From Nitrospinales bacterium (GTDB taxonomy: Bacteria > Nitrospinota > Nitrospinia > Nitrospinales > VA-1): a DNA stretch of 64,000 nucleotides. This document shows, piece after piece, positions 58,893 through 64,000 of the stretch (position 1 is the stretch's first letter; every line of letters begins with the position of its first letter). The notes below the pieces were generated by a model that made no database searches, was not told where the DNA came from, and saw only the letters and a list, made by a program, of their open reading frames with translations. The DNA is taken from contig OZ253496.1 of NCBI GenBank assembly GCA_965262115.1, positions 1,024,001-1,088,000 of the forward strand. Reading direction: 5' to 3'. Both the position numbers and the translations under genes were made by a program.

Positions 58893-59141
58893 AGAACAGA
58901 AGTATACCACCCTCTTTCAACCCGGCATTTTAAATCCCACGAGTGGGTTTTATTCCCCGTGGCTTGCCACGTCCTGTTAAATAACACTTTATTGTCCGCT
59001 TGCGGCGGAGTTGCTCATTTACCTCCCCCAGATTGATAAACAACATTATAATGAGCTTGATTTGATATAATTTCCCCAGACTTGGAAAAAGGGAGAACAA
59101 CCATAGAAAAGGCAACAACAGATTCGGAAATGATAGAATCC

Positions 59142-59430
59142 ATGGCAAAATGGTTTACCACGGGAGAATCTCTTCTGGCGATGATTTTTGCGCTGGCTGT
59201 ATTGATTGTGACATTGCGCATCATTTACCGTCCCCGCCAAGATCCCCTGTCTGTCAGGTTACTCGGCAGTCTCATGGTCATTTCTCTATCCTTTGGTGCC
59301 AACCACCCAATTATATATGGATAATGCTTTTCTTGGCACGCTAGTTCTTCGATACGACCTGGAAGCCGATCAATTTCACAACGAGGACAGGGCAATAAAA
59401 ATTCTTGAAGCTTGGCAGAAAGCTGAATAA
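59142..59430 (+). pseudogene. Probable degraded membrane-protein gene
   Basis: Short hydrophobic ORF ending at 59324, followed by coding-like fragments; identity unknown. Confidence 0.3.
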
Positions 59431-59516
59431 AATGGCAGCCGCATTTCCCCTAATAGCACTTCTCTGCAAATTCAAGTGTTTCCAATTTCCCATTACTCAG
59501 GAGAAATCTTTAACTC

Positions 59517-60899
59517 ATGGCAAAGCTGAAACTGAATATTCCTGTAAAAAGAGGGGACCGGCTTGAGCTGGATGTCGAAACGCTAGCCTCCAGCGGTGAC
59601 GGCCTTTGCCGACACGAGGGCTACACCCTGTTCACACCGGGCGGACTGCCCGGCGACCGCGTCCTGGGAAAAATTATCAAAACCACACCACGTTTTGGCG
59701 TGGTCGATGTCTTGAAAAGAATTGAGCTGTCGAAAGACCGTGTCGGTCCGCCCTGCCCGGTTTTCTTCAAATGCGGCGGCTGCAAATTTCAGGACCTGAA
59801 CTACGAAAAACAATTGCAGTTTAAAATCCAGGTGGTCAAGGACAGCCTGCAACGCATCGCCCATATCGAAATCCCAGAAAAAATTGAAATCATCCCTGCC
59901 GACACCGAATACCAATATCGCAACAAAGGTAGTTTCGCGGTGCAGGGAAAAGGAGGAAAACCTCAAATCGGATTTTACGCAGAAGGCTCTCATGAGATTG
60001 CCGACTCCACCACCTGTGACATTCTTCTGCCCGCTATCAATGACACAAAGGAATGGCTGCGCCAGCTTTTGGAAAAACACGATATCTCTATCTACAACGA
60101 ACGCCATTACCGGGGACTGCTGCGCGGATTGATCATTCGGCATTCCGCATCTACGGGGGAAACCCTGGTCGGACTGGTCACCCACAAAGGAAGGTTCCCA
60201 AGAGGGTTCCTCGCCGAACTGACCAATGAGGATCATTTAAAAAAGCTGGGCATTGTCGGGCTGATTCAAAACATCAATATGCAAAACACCAATGTCATAC
60301 TAGGTTCCGAAGAGCGGGTGTTGTGGGGCAAAAACCGTTACAGGGAAAATCTTGGAGGGTTAAACTTTCATCTGTCTCTGGGCTCGTTTTTCCAGGTGCA
60401 TTCCGAACAGGCGGAAAAGCTATATACCCTCATCAACCAATGGACCGAGGGAAGCCAATCCGTAGTCGATGCCTATAGCGGGTCGGGAGGCATCGCCCTG
60501 TGGCTGGCAAAACAGGGTAGAAATGTTATCGGAATTGAAAAATTTGCACCCGCGATGGAAGATGCCAGACTGAGCGCCGAAAGCAATGGACTGTCAAACT
60601 GCCGCTTCCTCACCGGAACGGTGGAAGAACATGCACCTGCTTTGGATGAAACCCCTCACACCTTCATCGTCGACCCTCCCCGCAAAGGTTGCTCCGAAAC
60701 GGTCATTCAAACTTTAGTCGATACCCATCCCCAACAGATTATTTATGTTTCGTGCAATCCATCCACCCTGGCGCGTGATGTGGAACGCCTTGATGGATAT
60801 CGAATTCAGGATATCCGGTTGATCGACATGTTTCCCCAGACCCAGCATGTAGAAATCGCTGTCCGCCTCACCCGAAAACACCCTGATAAAAAAGAGTAA
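59517..60899 (+). CDS. rlmD: 23S rRNA (uracil-C5)-methyltransferase
   Basis: TRAM domain, C...CGGC, SFFQ, DPPRKG, YVSCNP and DMFPQT.H motifs. Confidence 0.93.
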   Translation: MAKLKLNIPVKRGDRLELDVETLASSGDGLCRHEGYTLFTPGGLPGDRVLGKIIKTTPRFGVVDVLKRIELSKDRVGPPCPVFFKCGGCKFQDLNYEKQLQFKIQVVKDSLQRIAHIEIPEKIEIIPADTEYQYRNKGSFAVQGKGGKPQIGFYAEGSHEIADSTTCDILLPAINDTKEWLRQLLEKHDISIYNERHYRGLLRGLIIRHSASTGETLVGLVTHKGRFPRGFLAELTNEDHLKKLGIVGLIQNINMQNTNVILGSEERVLWGKNRYRENLGGLNFHLSLGSFFQVHSEQAEKLYTLINQWTEGSQSVVDAYSGSGGIALWLAKQGRNVIGIEKFAPAMEDARLSAESNGLSNCRFLTGTVEEHAPALDETPHTFIVDPPRKGCSETVIQTLVDTHPQQIIYVSCNPSTLARDVERLDGYRIQDIRLIDMFPQTQHVEIAVRLTRKHPDKKE

Positions 60900-60946
60900 C
60901 ACCCAGGCAAGTTGCCTGACTGGGCGATTTATGGCATATCTATAAT

Positions 60947-61443
60947 ATGGAAAACAGCCTAAAAATCAGCTTGCTAAAGGGGACAGACCTGCTCAGTTTT
61001 TTTCGATGCGTCTACTCTGTCCAAACTGGTTGAGCATTGCCGGGAGATTTCTATCTCGCCGAAAGAAGTTCTTTGCCATGAGGATGATCTTGAAAATGCC
61101 ATGTACCTCATCCTCGACAGTTTTTAATCCACTGGACATTCAGCGTGTTCTGCAAAACCTGATCATCAACGCCGGTTACGTCACCGAAAGCGGAGGTAAG
61201 ATAGATATCGGGGTCATTCGAAAAGATGGAGCCATAAAGGTCAGCGTGACGGATAAAGGTTGCGGTATTCCAGAAGAGGTTCAAGGATATCTTTTCAAGG
61301 ATTCACTAACCACCAAAAGTGATGGGAACGGACTGGGCCTGCTCTCCTGCAAAGGCATTATCGAGGAAAATCACCAGGGCAAGCTCTGGTTTGAAACTGA
61401 AGTTGGAAAAGGAACCACCTTCCACTTCACCCTCCCCCTCTAG
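60947..61443 (+). pseudogene. Remnant of a cNMP-domain histidine kinase
   Basis: A cNMP-like start (…KEVLCHEDDLENAMYLIL, frameshifted at T7 60997-61003) is joined to an HATPase_c end (NLIINA, DKGCGIP, GNGLGL, GKGTTFHF). Confidence 0.7.
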
Positions 61444-61491
61444 CGAGGGACGCAATGCGGCGGTGACGCTACGCGACCGCCAAAGCATCGG

Positions 61492-61566
61492 GCTGTGATA
61501 TCCTCTTCCATGAATTTCATGCCCCTGTTATATCCTCTTCCATAAATCTCATGCCCCGCAGGGGTA
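61492..61566 (+). repeat. Modular intergenic repeat with an internal tandem duplication
   Basis: ATATCCTCTTCCAT.AAT.TCATGCCCC occurs at 61498-61525 and 61530-61557. Confidence 0.75.
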
Positions 61567-61585
61567 GAAGGGGTACGCGGAGTGG

Positions 61586-62971
61586 TTAGAATTTGGCGTG
61601 TTTGGGGGTTCTGGGAAAGGGGATCACGTCGCGGATATTTTCCATGCCAGTGACGAACTGGACCAGCCGTTCGAATCCTAACCCAAATCCAGAGTGAGGT
61701 GCCGAGCCAAATTTCCTGAGATCGAGGTACCACCAGTATTCTTCCGGATTAAGGTCTTTGTCCCGCATCCGTTGTAACAACACATCATAGTTTTCTTCAC
61801 GCTGACTACCGCCGATAATTTCCCCAAGGTTGGGCAGAAGCACATCCATAGCTCGCACGGTTTCACCGCCCTCATTGAGTTTCATGTAAAAAGATTTAAT
61901 CTGCTCCGGGTAGTTGAACACGATGATCGGTTTTTTGAAAACCTTCTCGCTGAGATAACGCTCATGTTCCGCCTGGAGGGCAAGACCCCACTCCACCGGA
62001 TAGGTAAAGGTCTCAGATGATTTTTGCAATTGGTGAATAGCGTCGGTATAGGTCAACCTCTCGAACCTCTTGTCGGTAATGTTTCTTAAGGTTTCAAGAA
62101 TGGTGGTGTCGATGCGCTTGTTAAAAAATTCCATGTCTTCCGCGCAATGTTCCATCACATCCGACAACAGGTATTTGATGAATTCCTCTGCCAGGTCCAT
62201 ATCATCATCCAGGTCATAAAATGCCATTTCCGGTTCCACCATCCAGAATTCAGCGAGGTGCCGACTGGTGTTGGAGTTTTCGGCGCGAAAAGTAGGACCA
62301 AAGGTATAAACTTCTGAAAGGGCCATAGCATAGATTTCACCTTCCAGTTGCCCGCTGACGGTGAGCGCGGTTTTTTCGCCAAAGAAATCCTGAGCATAAT
62401 CAATTTTACCATCCACACTGGGAGGTTTGGCAAGATCCAGAGTCGTCACCTGAAACATTTCCCCAGCCCCTTCGCAATCGCTGGTGGTCACGATAGGCGT
62501 GTTCAGATAAAGAAAACCTTTTTCCTGAAAAAACTGGTGAATGGCAAAAGCCAGTCGGTTTCGCACCCGCATGACCGCGCCAAAAGTATTGGTACGTGGG
62601 CGAAGGTGAGCAATTTCACGCAAATACTCAAAAGAATGACGTTTCTTCTGCAAAGGATAAGTGTCGACCGGGGCTGGGCCGTAAACCTGAATTTCTGTGG
62701 CCTGAACTTCCTTGGACTGGCCCTTGCCTTGTGAGGTTACAAGGTTGCCGCGCACCGCCAGGCAACTACCGGTGGTCATCTGTTTCTCGATAGAGGAATA
62801 ATTCGAAAGGGTGTGTTCAGCCACCACTTGAATATTAGCGAGACAGGAACCGTCATTGATTTCCAGAAAGGAAAAACCTCCCTTGGAATCGCGGCGGGTT
62901 CTCACCCAACCCTTAACCAGCACTTCTCCCTCCTCAGCTTTGAAGAGGTCTTTAATTTTTGTCCGTTTCAT
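61586..62971 (-). CDS. asnS: Asparaginyl-tRNA synthetase
   Basis: [34 protein letters not shown] and [10 protein letters not shown] motifs. Confidence 0.97.
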   Translation of the reverse strand: MKRTKIKDLFKAEEGEVLVKGWVRTRRDSKGGFSFLEINDGSCLANIQVVAEHTLSNYSSIEKQMTTGSCLAVRGNLVTSQGKGQSKEVQATEIQVYGPAPVDTYPLQKKRHSFEYLREIAHLRPRTNTFGAVMRVRNRLAFAIHQFFQEKGFLYLNTPIVTTSDCEGAGEMFQVTTLDLAKPPSVDGKIDYAQDFFGEKTALTVSGQLEGEIYAMALSEVYTFGPTFRAENSNTSRHLAEFWMVEPEMAFYDLDDDMDLAEEFIKYLLSDVMEHCAEDMEFFNKRIDTTILETLRNITDKRFERLTYTDAIHQLQKSSETFTYPVEWGLALQAEHERYLSEKVFKKPIIVFNYPEQIKSFYMKLNEGGETVRAMDVLLPNLGEIIGGSQREENYDVLLQRMRDKDLNPEEYWWYLDLRKFGSAPHSGFGLGFERLVQFVTGMENIRDVIPFPRTPKHAKF

Positions 62972-63123
62972 AAACTCGACTTACCCCTATTTAAGTACTC
63001 CCTGACAAGCGCTCTTCCCATTGACAATAAAGGAGTTTTCAGATATTTTAGGGAGAGCAGTTAGCAATGATTTTTTCCAGCGTTCCAAAGAAATTAACCG
63101 GAAAAACCTACACCCCATATTTT

Positions 63124-63423
63124 GTGTTTATTCTAGGAAATTTACTGAGTGCAACCGCCCAGGTCCTGAACATTATTTTACAGCTTTATATGTGGATCAT
63201 TATCATCCGCGCCCTATTATCCTGGGTGAATCCGGATCCGTATAATCCCATCGTCCAATTTTTATACAGTATCACAGAACCGGTTTTGCTTCGAGTGCGG
63301 CAGTTAATCCCCATGTCCGGAATAGGAATCGATTTTTCGCCAATCATTGTTCTTCTGGTAATTATTTTCCTTCAAAGTTTTTTGGTCCAGTCGCTGGGGG
63401 CCTTGGCACTGAGACTACAATGA
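63124..63423 (+). CDS. yggT: YggT family membrane protein
   Basis: RALLSWVNPDPYNP..FL..ITEP and IDFSPI motifs. Start is probably GTG 63124. Confidence 0.92.
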   Translation: MFILGNLLSATAQVLNIILQLYMWIIIIRALLSWVNPDPYNPIVQFLYSITEPVLLRVRQLIPMSGIGIDFSPIIVLLVIIFLQSFLVQSLGALALRLQ

Positions 63424-63429
63424 TCTATC

Positions 63430-64000
63430 ATGCGCCTGACTTATCTTGACATTCTAGAGCAATGCTTCCACGACAAGTTTCGTGGCTATAACAAGCAGGA
63501 GGTCGACACCTTCCTCCACCTTGTGGCCGATGATTTTAAATCCATGGCCGAAGACCTCAAGGATAATGACCGGCAGATCGACTTAAAAAACGAGGCAATT
63601 AAAGAACTCAAACAAAATCTGGACGCGCTTTCCCAACAAGAACCCGAAACCAGAACCTCTCCCGAGGTGGAAGAAGAGTTACGGACTCTTAGAAAAGAGT
63701 TGGGAGAAAAAGACCAGCTGATTCAGGAAATGGAAAAAGCCAATGAAGGCCAGTCAAATGGCAATGGCGCGTTTTCGCAGTTAACGCCAGAGATGTTGAA
63801 AGAAAAAGCAAAAAAAATCATCAACACCGCAAAGCAACATGCAGAACAACATAAAGCAAACGCCGCAAAAGAGCTGGACTCCATACAGAAGGATATCCAG
63901 AAATTACAAAAACAGAAACAACAGCTGATGGATAATATCCGGGCCACTGCGGTAGAGCATTTAAACAAATTTAAAGCGGGAACCCAAAACGGCAATGCCG
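63430..64000 (+). CDS. divIVA: DivIVA domain protein, 5' part; runs off the window
   Basis: MRLTYLDILEQCFHDKFRGYNKQEVDTFL followed by a coiled coil; canonical position after yggT. Confidence 0.88.
   Translation, partial: MRLTYLDILEQCFHDKFRGYNKQEVDTFLHLVADDFKSMAEDLKDNDRQIDLKNEAIKELKQNLDALSQQEPETRTSPEVEEELRTLRKELGEKDQLIQEMEKANEGQSNGNGAFSQLTPEMLKEKAKKIINTAKQHAEQHKANAAKELDSIQKDIQKLQKQKQQLMDNIRATAVEHLNKFKAGTQNGNA

Noticed and set aside
58955..58972. CCCCGTGGCTTGCCACG hairpin as an IS200/IS605 end
   Set aside because: It is a single partial hairpin with no tnpA/tnpB nearby, which is too little to call.
63124..64000. DivIVA in an LPS-producing (kdsA) organism
   Set aside because: yggT-divIVA is already known in several diderm lineages.

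Overview
This 64-kb window is bacterial chromosome, mostly housekeeping genes: lysS, rny, the ygfA-6S RNA-zapA-zapB-pheT block, rnr, gatCA, Bacillus-type sdhCAB, ispH, squalene synthase, a MacAB-like exporter, an AsmA-like protein, cstA, purA, proB, nfeD, kdsA, rlmD, asnS and yggT-divIVA. Gene content suggests a diderm of the Nitrospinota/deltaproteobacterial type; this is inference and was not tested. Accessory features are as follows. (1) An AT-rich ~4-kb island encodes a large N6/N4 DNA methyltransferase and a separate small PD-(D/E)XK-like protein. It lies between two diverged copies of the 3' end of a host phosphatase gene, and the MTase 5' end carries a homopolymer frameshift. (2) A DUF559 nuclease is bracketed by inverted palindromic repeats directly upstream of a comEC broken by a nonsense codon. 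(3) An AT-rich region beside a degenerate tRNA-Glu 3' half carries an uncalled bS21 (rpsU) gene that apparently starts at ATT, several small ORFs and a DUF1611/PLP-racemase pair. (4) There are several families of intergenic repeats, including two MITEs with 9-bp target duplications and a modular repeat with five copies, one nested inside a MITE. (5) Three signal-transduction genes are reduced by large internal deletions. All calls come from reading the sequence and motif recognition; no database searches were run.
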